Source of the DNA: Octopus sinensis
Taxonomy: Eukaryota
Length of the DNA stretch: 64,000 nucleotides
Reading direction: 5' to 3'
Assembly: GCF_006345805.1 (NCBI RefSeq)
Contig: NC_042997.1
Coordinates: 77,872,001-77,936,000, forward strand
The number at the start of each line of letters is the position of its first letter. Within the stretch, counting starts at the first letter, position 1. The position numbers and the translations under genes were made by a program. Under the pieces are notes generated by a model. It saw only the letters and a list, made by a program, of their open reading frames with translations, was not told the origin of the DNA and searched no databases. Of this stretch, positions 1 to 11,500 are shown piece by piece.

Positions 1-221
1 TGGCTTAACCACAGACAAAGCAAGCTACTAACCAACAGCTGACATAGGAAAGCAAGTGGATAACAAAACCGAGAAAGAGAGAGTCCAGAATTAGGGCTGG
101 TTGAAGACAAAACATGAAGAGAAGGAAGAGTAAACAGAATGGAACGATTAGATTTCTTAACTTTACCATTAAATACTGCTAAAATACTGCTAAATACTGC
201 TAAAGAATTATAATAAAGAGT

Positions 222-420
222 GTGGAAAACTGGCAGAATCATTAGCATGTTGGGCAAAATGCTTAATGGCATTTCATTCGTCTTTATGTTCTGAGTTGAA
301 ATTTTGCTGAGGTCAACTTTGCCTTTCATTCTTTTAGGGTCAATAAAACACTGTAAGTTGATTACATCAACCCTAGTTTATGTAATTGACTTATCTCCTC
401 CCCCAAAATTGCTGGCCTGA
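222..420 (+). mobile_element. tRNA-derived SINE (family A)
   Basis: TGGCAGAATC A-box-like motif, GAGTTGAAATT B-box-like motif and body GAGGTCAACTTTGCCTTTCATT, which recurs at 3057, 46176, 46550, 47713 and 59466. Confidence 0.75.
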
Positions 421-681
421 GTTTAAGTACACAATATTTCATTTCGGTTTACTTATATCACTAATGTACTCATGAGCATTACATAATCTCATTCCATTTT
501 TCTATTTTATTTTGCAAAATGGAACAAATACTCTTGGTGTCCAATGATGAAAGACATAGATTTCAGTCTATTTTATCTCAGAAAATGTCATTTTTTTTTA
601 GAAAACATAGTAGTGTAACATTCTTTGATATTAACCAGAAAACATAAAGTTAAATTAATTTCCAATAAGTCAAGGAGAATA

Positions 682-1945
682 CAGGGTGCGGTGAATAAAT
701 TGTCATCTAAATTACGCAAAAATGAAAATAACACTGACATCTTATTTTAACAGATATATTTACCAAAATTGCACAAAAATATCTTGAAATACTAAAGAGT
801 AAATTTATTCAATAAAATTGCCATTGGCTTCAACTATGGCCTCCAGACAACTTTGGAATCTCCTGCAACTCTTCTGGATGGTCTTCTTGTATAAAGTTGG
901 TGAATGCTGCCATTATCCTTGCCTTCAGTTCATCTTTTTGGTGTTGCAAGGAGTTTTGTTGGTCTCTTACTCAACTGCACTCCACACATAATAATCAAGG
1001 GAGTTGCAGTCTGGAAAGTTAGGTGGCCAGATGTTAGGGGTGATATGGTCGCAGAGATTGCCTGACAGCCATGACTGCATTCACCTGCTTATGTGGCATG
1101 GTGTAGAGTCATGTTGCTAGGGTCTTCCAGCAGCCACCCTCTTGACCCAGGGCAGCATTACCTCCTATAGGCACTTGATGTAGGCTTCTATGTTGAGTGT
1201 GAGGTTGTGTAGGAAGACGAATGGAGGCATAACATCATCATCACTAGTAATCATTCCAAATACCATGATGTTGACTGGATGTTTGATTTTTATCACTCTT
1301 GGTACATGTCTTGGGGACACGGCAAGCCAATGGCTATTCTGTACGTTCACCATCTGATCCTGGCAGAAATTTTTCTCATCTGAGAAAAACCAAAGCATGT
1401 TTGGTTGGAGGGGATACTTGAGTTTCTTCAAAAGCTTCTTGGCACGGTCTCTCCTCTTGTCCTTGATGGCTTGGGATAAAAATTGGCCCTTTATCATTTT
1501 GTATGAGGAATGCCAAATGTCTTCATGCACTACCTGCCTGATAAGAAACTCAGACACGCCCACTTCCCTGGTGATGAACCTGATTTGTTTTGGAGGGATC
1601 GTTGTCAATCATGGCCTGGATCTGACCAACAAATTCAGTTCTCAGAGTGAGTTTTCCAAGCTGTTGTACCTTTGTAATCACTATTAGACTCATTCAACTC
1701 TTTCCAAAACCTCTGCACTATCCTCAGATTGACACTCAACACTCTGAAATGTTCATATTGGAGCTTCTAATGTGAATGCCAAGCAATACAGCATATTGTT
1801 TCCAAATTTCTGACAGAGTGAATTGTGTTATGGTGCTGGTTTTCTCACAACTGATCCAACTATACTGTGTAGTCAACAAAATCAAAAACAAACAATGCAT
1901 GACATTAAAAATAGATAATTGCAACAAATAACCCATCGCACCCTG
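682..1945 (-). mobile_element. Tc1/mariner maT-type (DD37D) DNA transposon, degenerate
   Basis: TIR CAGGGTGCG...CGCACCCTG with flanking TA on both sides (680-681, 1946-1947). Transposase remnants FSDEKNF, QHDSTPCH and WPPNFPDCNSLDY; I count 37 residues between the second and third Asp. Confidence 0.85.
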
Positions 1946-2005
1946 TACATGATGTTTGCATCAGTGTTTGAACTCATAAATTTTTGTTTGTTAATCCACT
2001 TACTC

Positions 2006-2066
<61 letters not shown>

Positions 2067-2407
2067 ACATTGCATGAGGGTATCTTGGTCAACCTATGAA
2101 CTTTTCAGTCAATCTTTGTATTTTATCAAATTACAAATAACTATGTATATAAATCAATGGAAAGTGGTAATTAGACAAAGATATAGAAAAAGTTTGCAAT
2201 TAGAAATAATGTAATAAAAGCTACCTGCTTCAATTAAAAATAAAGTAAATTTTCAAACTGTAAACATCTTATTTCTTGTAAGGAAATTAAATTTCTTGTC
2301 AAACAGCAGAATTTACATAAAAATTGTATATTTTTTTCCAGCAGAAACTACATTAGAGGATAAATTCCTAACAAACTGAGTTTGAGGCCAATGTTTTGAT
2401 TACACCT

Positions 2408-2670
<263 letters not shown>

Positions 2671-2768
2671 GCAAATATCAGTTATGTTGTTACTGCCAAA
2701 GGGAAAAGGCTATCATAACTGCAGGTACCAATGTTGACAGGCCCAATCACCAATAGACACTTCTTATT

Positions 2769-2981
2769 TAACCCTTTAGCATTCAGATTATTCTGTTAGA
2801 TGTAATGCTTATTTATTCACATTGCTTTGAATTAATTATGCATTATTCCATAGTTTCAAGATTTTGATGAAGGAGTAATTTATTTTCAGATTGATATTGT
2901 AGGATAGCTGTGAGAGGCTAGATCTGGTCAGTTTGAACATAAAACAGGTAGAATATTTTGTCCGGATATGGCTAGTTTAAA

Positions 2982-2985
<4 letters not shown>
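2769..2985 (+). mobile_element. TTAA-type (piggyBac-like) MITE, right end degraded
   Basis: Begins TTAACCCTTTAGCATTCAGA. A related inverted copy lies at about 45650-45835, ending AATGCAAAAGGGTTAA. Confidence 0.55.
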
Positions 2986-3027
<42 letters not shown>

Positions 3028-3057
3028 GCTACTGCTGCTGCTGCTGCTGCCGCTGCT
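2985..3057. repeat. (ACT)n(GCT)n microsatellite
   Basis: Seen directly. Confidence 0.95.
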
Positions 3058-3215
3058 GTCTGTGCTTATGTTCTGAGTTCAAATTTCACCAAGGTTGACT
3101 TTGCTTTTCATCCTTTCAGGATCAATAAATTAAGTACTAGTTGCATACTGAAGTTGATCTAATCGACTTCCCCACCTTCCCCCAAAATTTCGGGCCTTGT
3201 ACCTAGAGTAGAAAA
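3057..3215 (+). mobile_element. 5'-truncated SINE family A
   Basis: GTTCTGAGTTCAAATTTCACCAAGGTTGACTTTGCTTTTCATCC...CCCCAAAATTTCGGGCCTTGTACC. Confidence 0.7.
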
Positions 3216-3873
3216 GGCTATATGACAGGAAATTATGCTAACTCATACTTGAATCATCAAGCTTATCTTCAGTAAAGATGACTAACAGAATTGTGCCACA
3301 TGTAATGGAGGTGTTACATGAAGATTGTCACAGTAAACATTGTCATACCTTGCAAGACTTTGTGCTGTTGCTTTTTATGTTTTATTGTACTTTATTTATT
3401 TTGTATTTTTGCTCATGAATAGAATGCTTGATTACTGTACTGATGTAAATCAAAATCCCAGATTACTCAGATATTTAATTTCTTAGAAAGCTATAGTGTC
3501 CTTATAATCCACAGCAAACTATAAAAGATTTTCAGAAAGGAAGAGGCTGATTGGAGAATGAGTACCAACAAAAAGAAGTAGAACTACTTAACATATTCCA
3601 TCATAGGAAGAGATATGAAAATAACATGGAGAAAATTCATTGAGCAACAGAGATTGATTTCTCTTTTAACCATTTTAAATTCTCTTTAGAATGTAACACT
3701 AAAATTGAGAGAGAAAGAGAGAAAAAGGGAAACAGAAAGGAGATCAGAAAGGGAAGAGAAAGAGGGAGAGAAAAAGAAAATAATGCAACCATTTTTTAAA
3801 ACTTATGTCAGCATGGGAATTAGGTATAGAAATGAAAATTAATAAAAAGTATATTTTAGTTAGAATCACATAC

Positions 3874-3984
3874 ATTGTTCATATCATTCAGTTGTTGCTG
3901 TGAAGTTTCCCATTGCTTTTTAAAGTCTTCCTTGGAACTTTCAATGAGAAATATTTTATTTTGAAGCTGCTCATAACGTAGATC
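3874..3984 (-). CDS. LRRC45: LRRC45 coding exon (coiled coil); the gene probably continues beyond the left edge
   Basis: GTTTTAG acceptor, GTATGT donor, 111 nt, phase 0/0. DLRYEQLQNKIFLIESSKEDFKKQWETSQQQLNDMNN. No stop codon, and I found no further exon in 1-3873. Confidence 0.83.
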
Positions 3985-4521
3985 CTAAAACAGAAATAAT
4001 AAAGGTTAAAAGATGATGATGATGATGATGACGATAATAAATTTGGAGTGATGATATCACAATATTAAAAAAAAATGAAAAGAAAAAGAATGAGAATCCT
4101 GGGCAATTACAGGGATAGATAGACCAACTGTGAAATGATCTTGTGAAGGTCGCAACCACTACCACTGTGTAGTTAGTATGTAGAATATTTCCTTGAGGTA
4201 TTTTCCCACAGACATATTGATGTATTTAAGACAGAGCAGCAGAGTGATATACTGCAAGTGATGGGAAGAGCAGGAGAAAATACATTTATTGTTGTTATTA
4301 TTAAACCCCAGGTTAGCCCTGAGCAAGTATGCCTATGGTCAAACATTCCATTTGCAGTCATTTATCTTCTTCCTATGTGCAGGGAACCTAGGACCATAGT
4401 AACCAGTGAGTTAGGGGGTGATTTGAAGGAGATTTAGCTGCTATTTCTATCAGGTCCAATGACCATACAAAGGTTCTCTTGGTGAAGCAAATAGTAATAG
4501 CAGTACAAAACACAGAGGATT

Positions 4522-4858
4522 TGATCTAATTGACTCCCCGCTTCCCCCAAAATTTTGGGCCTTGTACCTAGAGTAGAAAAGGTTATATGACAGGAAATTA
4601 TGCTAACTCATACGTGAATCATCAGGCTTATCTTCAGTAAAGATGACTAACACAATCGTTTAGAATATAACATTAAAATTGAGAGAGAAAGAGAGAAAAA
4701 GGGAAAGAGAAAGGAGAGAGAGGGGAAGAGAAAGAGGGAGAGAAAAAGAAAATAATGCAACCATTTTTTAAAACTTAAGTCAGCATGGGAAATAGGTATA
4801 GAAATGAAAATTAATAAAAAGCATATTTTAGTTAGAATCACATACAATGTTCATATCA
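4522..4858. repeat. local intronic duplication of about 3155-3288 joined to about 3685-3887
   Basis: Near-identical blocks (GGAAATTATGCTAACTCATAC; GAGAGAGAAAGAGAGAAAAAGGG...TTAGAATCACATAC), with about 400 bp of the source missing. Confidence 0.85.
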
Positions 4859-5079
4859 GCTGAAGAGACTAGGTGAGTTTGACAAGCAAATCAGATAGCT
4901 TTTCCTTGAATATAGTCTAAAATGAATTTGTAGAGAGTGAACCTACCTGTTCATATGTACTCACATCCAAACACACATGTCCTTTCTTTCTCTTACCCTC
5001 ACCTCTCTTACTATATCAATTCTTTTTTGTCAGTCATTGTATATTCCATACATGTTTCAAAGTCTGTAACTACACTTAC

Positions 5080-5265
5080 ATTATCAGTCTTTATGCCAGC
5101 CTTGAGAATAGCTATATCTTCTTCTGCTTTAACTCTTAAGGCAATATTTGCAGTCTTCAGAGAAGCAACATCCTCCTCAAGTGCTAGACGGCTTTGCTCT
5201 GATTTCTGGATCTGGTTTCGAAGGTTGGTCTCTAAATTCTCCCAGGATTCTTTTTGTTGTAATTG
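5080..5265 (-). CDS. LRRC45: LRRC45 coding exon (coiled coil)
   Basis: TTTTTAG acceptor, GTAAGT donor, 186 nt, phase 0/0. ...LRNQIQKSEQSRLALEEDVASLKT... resembles MQERVQRLEAARLSLEEELSRVK. Confidence 0.9.
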
Positions 5266-5674
5266 CTAAAAACAAAATATTGTAACTTTTATAATTTTAA
5301 TTTTGTTTAAATAAAATGAATATTTGCAATATTTAAAATTCTATTCACAAGATATCTTATTAAATCTTAGTACCAGATGTTGTGAGAGCAACTGTTGATA
5401 TATTGTCCTTACTCCTCATTCAAGGTGGGCAACCAGCACTAATATTGGTTTTGGCCTTTTGTTTGAGATCAAACTGTAATATTTTAGTGTTAAATATATT
5501 GTCTGAAGTCTTTTGGTAAGAAATTTATCAATGGTTTCACTTGTCATTTTGAATGGATGCACCATTGTCTTTAGTTACAAAAATTGTCAACATTTTTATG
5601 ACATGGTATACTAGTGTTTAACACTCTCACCCACATACATTGGAGTATTATTGAGAACATTATGTTATGGGCTG

Positions 5675-5825
5675 AAGACATATGGCCCACTAGTTATTGT
5701 GTTGGGCTCACAATCATAAGAATGTGGGTTTGATTCCTTGATCAGGCAAGTGCCTCACTCAGTGCCTTGCTCAAGGCACTTATTTCATGTTTGCTCTTGT
5801 TTACTCAGTTGAAAATGAGCACCAA
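5675..5825 (+). mobile_element. degenerate tRNA-derived CORE-type SINE
   Basis: Decayed version of the 26784 element (GGGTTTGATTCC B-box; GTGCCTTGCTCAAGGCACTTATTTCATG...AAAATGAG). Confidence 0.55.
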
Positions 5826-7411
5826 CTGAGTCCTGATGTAACCTTTTCTTCCAGCTTTTTTAATCTACTTTTTACTTTTTTCTAATTTTTCTTCCAGATT
5901 TTTTAATCTACTAACTTCATGTCAAATTACACATGAAATTAGTAGACATGAATTTAGTAGATTAAAAAATAGAATGAGCTGATAATTTCATTTCAAATGT
6001 TATACTTTGCAATCCATGCCAACATTGGACATGATGGCAGGTACAACTGATGCATTTCAAACAAAGCATACATACTTCAAGTGAGTTTCTGCACACAAAA
6101 TTATCTTGAGGAGCAAATGGGACAAACAAAACAAAACAGAACAGTAGAATGTACTGTTGATCACAAACAAAACATGACGAAACGATTTGATGCCTGTTGC
6201 TACAACTTACTAACACAGCTGTTGCAAAGTAAATTCTATTTGCCTGTTTGCTAAATTTGCATATTTGCTTATTGCTATCCTCAAATTTGTACCTAACTGA
6301 ATCAGCAACATAATATGAGTGACAAGAAGTTGTGCATGTGTCAGCAAGACCCTCACTAATCCTAATATTACACCAATAATGGACATTGAATAGACAAACA
6401 ACAGGGTAATATAAAAAGTGGTATTATACAAATTTCCAGTGTTCAAAACTAAAACCTATTTTTTGAATATATATTTTGAATATAATTTGTACAGTTACAT
6501 AAAAAAATATTTGACAGAAATGAAATGGCTTTCTTCATGTAAGTACATGAACAAACATGTTATTGGACAAACATAACAGTAGAAGGATGTTCTTGTATTG
6601 ATTATAAGCAAAAGTGACAAAAACCCACCATTTCCAATAAGGCCAACCAATGCATCACATATTACACATGAATTTCAAGAGAATTTCTGTACGTAAAATT
6701 ATTTTGGAGTAAATGAGTAAAATAAAATAAAATAGCAAAATGAACTTTTGATCAAAACAGCAAAATAGGAACAAGAAACTGAAATCTAGAGCAATAGGCA
6801 GAGGTGGGATGTCTACAGCTAGTATATCATTAAAACAATTTATCTCTACTTAATATTGTCTTTTAAATCTTAAATGGCCCTCATGTGTCAATGTTTAATT
6901 TCATTTGTTTGAGATGAGTGAAAGATAAACTTATAGTAGGTAACATTCCTGAAGGATGTGGCACCTATTTCATAGAGTTGGGTAAACTGATGTACATAGA
7001 ATTAAGTGTACCATCCAGTGACATAATTTACCTACAGTGAGTTTGAACACTCAACCTGAGAATTACTAGTCTACTATTTAATCCTGAGACATTTTACTTC
7101 TGCTCATCATAGATATTTCCTTTTGAGTTTCTTACTCTCCATTTTCTCTTTCACACACTAAACCACAAGTATGCAAACTCAACATCAAACACATTAATTT
7201 TGCTAGAGCCTGCAAATATCAAGGCACTGTTCCTCCTTCTTTGACTCACTTATTAATAAATATAATGACACTGATACACAATACATCAGGAAGAAAAGCA
7301 CAAATTGTTATTAAGTCAGAGTGAATAGTGAAGGAGTGAAATGTAGAGGAAAAGTGATGACAGTGATGATAATGGTTGTGGTGTAATAGTGATCACGACA
7401 ATGATGCATAC

Positions 7412-7482
7412 CTCTTTCTTTTGAATTCCTTCAAACTGTTTGATTTTCTCATTGAATTCATTTCTTTTTTGTTCTAACATAT
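7412..7482 (-). CDS. LRRC45: LRRC45 coding exon (coiled coil)
   Basis: CCTGCAG acceptor, GTATGC donor, phase 1/0. (D)MLEQKRNEFNEKIKQFEGIQKKE. Confidence 0.85.
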
Positions 7483-8233
7483 CTGCAGGATAGAATTTAT
7501 TTAAAAAATACAAAGAGTATAAAACAGACTAATTTTTGCTGGGGCAAGTAAAACAGAAAAAAACATATGCCATATAGGTTAAGTAAATGACTTGTGGTTC
7601 AATCAGCTTTACATTTATAAAAAACATCAGAAAGATCTATGACATACATGGGCAACCTGAGGCCTGCAGGCTGCATGCGGCCCTCAACATGTTGTTGTCT
7701 GGCCCTCAATGAGTTTCTAGGTTACTAATTTTTACAAGCAAAAAATTTTTCTCAAATTTTCCAATTATTAACCTTATCGTCTCACACCTCTTAAACTTGC
7801 GCTTTAATTTTGCATTTAATTTCATCATCCCTCCTTCCTTCTCTCTCTATGCTTTCTCTATTTTAAAGCATCACTCTCTTTCTAAGTCAAAAATTAAGTC
7901 AAGACTCACTAATGAGCATTTGCAGTATAACCTTAGAGTAGTGACATCTCAAATTCTACCTAATATTGAAAATATGGTAAAGAATGTGAATGTCATTGAT
8001 ACAGATAATGAAATTGTTCTTTAATAAAATATCAATGAATTTTCTTTTTTTTACCTCAATATTTTAACTATAATTTATTTACACTAGTAAGAATCTTTTT
8101 CAGACATTCTTTAATTACTATCACAATAATATATTGAGAGAATAGACAGTTAAATAAAGCTAACTCTGGTGAGAGTGAATTCTGGACTTCAAGTAATATA
8201 ATTATCCAGTGTTCCACTAATACAGCTTTTCAC

Positions 8234-8234
<1 letters not shown>

Positions 8235-8265
<31 letters not shown>

Positions 8266-8434
8266 TTAATAAATTGTTTTGTCTTGGTATAAAAGATGAG
8301 CTACAGCAAATATTCTGCTCAATACCACAAATTTGTTTGTCAGTTGTTTGACCATAACCAGTTGAGCATATCCTTTAGTGAAGTATATCAACATAGAAAC
8401 TGGAAAAAATATTTCCAAATGCAGATATGAACTG

Positions 8435-8477
<43 letters not shown>

Positions 8478-8520
8478 AATAATAGTAATAATAATAATAA
8501 TAATGATAATAATAATAATG

Positions 8521-8567
<47 letters not shown>
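8235..8567. repeat. (AAT)n/(GAT) microsatellite tracts flanking the 3' end of Tx1 copy 1
   Basis: Tracts at about 8235-8268 and 8440-8567. Confidence 0.9.
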
Positions 8568-11500
8568 TTATTCTTTTTATTGGCCACAAGGGCTGACACA
8601 CATGATTTGAAAACATAAAGGGACAAAACAGGACAAAAGGTTACAAAGGGTTTTGTCCGTTTTTTTAAAAAAATCCGTGTAAACAACTGTATAACAATAA
8701 TTATATAACAACGGAAAACTCCCAAAAGGGGGAGGCGTTACGAAAGGTTCCTGGTGGAAAAAACCCTACAAAAGCCAACGGGAGCCTGGTAAAAAAAAAG
8801 GGGGGTAGAGAGTCCCTTTTTTCTCCTTTTATATTACCTTTTTGAATCACAGGCGAAACCTGAGAACTGGTCCATTTATACAGGCCAGTCTCGCACAATT
8901 CACCCACCTTTCATAAAACTTGCTATCGGACAGCACTCTCCTCTCTAACCTCATCTTCCTTTTCAAGTGAAACTTGAAAAAGTTGATGAGGCAATGACCA
9001 AAGAGGAAAGTGTCTGACTTTAGCCCTTTCAAACGAGTCCACCACACCACCTCTTTCGCCACAGCCACTAGGCACAAGAAAACGGCCTCACCCTCCTTGT
9101 TAAAGGAGGTCGGCGGGGCAATCTTCACTATGGATTCAGCCGATAGTCGGATCCGTCCTACACATGACAGTAGCTGTTTGACATAAACCCATATTTCAGC
9201 AATACTTGGGCACTGGACGAGTGCGTGCAGGACGGTTTCATTGTCCTGGCAACACCTCGGGCAGGCCCGGCTGACGGCACTACCATGCCGGTAGAGTTTA
9301 TCCCGAACAGGCAGAGCCCCTCGGTAGCACTGCCAGGCGAGCGACCTCTGGAAATTATCCATCGGCCCCGGCCTGAAAGTCCTCCCGAACAGACCGCACA
9401 GTTCGTCATCTTCAATGCCTAGAGTTTCCCCGAGAACGTCGTCGCATTTTTCCTCCACTAACCCTCTATAGAACGCTAGAGTGGAGCTGTAACCGATCGC
9501 ATTGCCCGCCTGCCGGAGGGCGGAGAGAGCTTGACGGCACTCGAGGTGTCAAGCGCCCTTTCTCAGTCTACGTTTGATCCAGGTCTGCAGCTCCGTCAAA
9601 GAGACGAGCTGCGGAAAATCGTGTCTGACAAAAGACGACCACACCTGTTCACCGTCAAGGAAGCGCTTGAGATGCCGCAGCCTGAGCGCATATCTGCACA
9701 TCAGCAACCACGGCATTCCAAGGCCTCCGTTCAGCGGTCGTCGACAGCAGATGGATCGCCTGACCAGTGGCACCTGACCCTTCCGCAAAAAGTCGAAGAG
9801 CAGGCGTACCAGCTTGGCCAACCAGCGGTCAGGACAAGGGACGACGGTCAAGCGGTAATAGATGACGGATGCGATGTACGCATTCGCCACCTCCACTCGA
9901 CCTTTCAGGGACAGCTTCCTCTCGGCCCATTTCTGGGTGAGACGTGCCACCCTGCTTGTCACCTCTTCCCAGTTTTTATCCACCTGGAGGTCCGGACCGA
10001 ACCAGACCCCGAGCAGTTTAACAGGTCCGTCTGTTCAGCGCCCTACGTCGCTGTTGGACAGCATGGGCTTGCCTCTCCAGGTGCCCAGTTGCAAGCCCAC
10101 AGACTTTTCCGCGTTAATCTTTGCCCCTGTCACCGCTTCGTACTGGTTTAGTGTCTCACCAATCAGGCCAATGTGCCTGTGGCTCGACACCACCACGGTG
10201 ACGTCGTCGGCATAAGCAGACACGCTGTTTCCACCTCCTAGATCGCGCGGGATACCCCTCAAAGCCTCCAACTTGCGCAGTAATGGCTTGAGAGTCAAAA
10301 TGTACAAGAGGGAGGAGAGAGGGCATCCTTGGCGGACCGAACGCGAGATGTCGAACGGTTCCGAAAGGTGACCGTTCACCCTTATCACCGAGCAGATGTT
10401 GCTGTATAAAGCAGCTATCCACCCGCGGAACACTGGACCGAAGCCGGCTGCCTTGAGGACAGCTGCCAGGTACCGATGGTCGACCCTATCGAAGGCTTTA
10501 CTCTGATCCAAGTTGATCAAAGCCCCACCCGCGCCAGTGTCGTTACCCACCCTTTCTATGATGTAGCGCATGAGATGGAGGTTGTCGTGTATCGACCTGG
10601 TCGGCACGGCGCATGTCTGCGTCTTGCCGACCAGCTTGTCCATGACAAGCGCCAATCTCTAGCACCTTGGCCAAAATCTTCAACTCTGCATTGAGCAGAG
10701 TGATGGGCCGGAAATTCCCTATAATGTCCCCCTTGTTTGGGTCCTTCTTCAGCAAAGCCACCACCCCTTGACAGACAAAAGCAGGAATTCTCCCGTTTTG
10801 CTGCCAGTTGCAGTAGACGTTTGCCAACAGGCCCGCAAACAAGTCTGGCATTGAAAAGTAAAGCTCGTAGGGCAGACCATCCAAACCCGGCGATCTACCT
10901 CTCGTGCAACTCTTCATCGCTTCTCCCACTTCCCAGGCAGATATCGGTCCTTCGCAGCACTCTGCCTCGCTGTCCAAGAGTTGCGGTAGGCCGTCCAGGT
11001 ACACACCGAAGTCTGCACCGTTGTCCGTTCCACCGCTCGTCCCAAACAGTTGAGCAAAGTGCCGCTGAAGCACCGTACACATCTGCTTCGGTTCGGTAAC
11101 CTCGCGCCCGTTCTGGTCCACCAAAGACCGAATGGTTGCTTTGTTGCCTCGCTTTGCCGCCGCCACGCGGGTCCATCGAGCATCTCTAGTCCCCTCCCCG
11201 CTTAGCGAACGTGCCTTAGCTCTGACAACGCAGCCTTCGTGTTTGGCATTGAAGCGTTGGTCGAGGGCCAACCTTGCCGCCAACACGTCGGTCGCGATGC
11301 CAGTGTCAAGAGCCTCGTCTAGTTTCTTTACTAAATCCCGCTCTCTCTTCCTACGTTCAATAGCTAGAGTCTTACTATACCTAATCGACTCTACTCTAAT
11401 TGCTCTCTTGAGGGCAAACCACCAGTTGTTGTTGATGATTGCCCCCGTGAGCACCCGCTTAACTAGTAAACTAATCCGGTCTCTGTAAGCTTTGCACGCC

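Noticed and set aside
6206-6290. Exon-like segment on the minus strand (TTAG|GTACAAA...TTA|GTAAGT)
   Set aside because: The flanking LRRC45 exons join in phase 0, which gives GTA CAA ATT TGA (stop), and the protein aligns without it.
9545-10040. Two TGG>TGA stops in Tx1 copy 1 as an APOBEC-like editing signature
   Set aside because: Only two events, in different dinucleotide contexts; ordinary mutation explains them.
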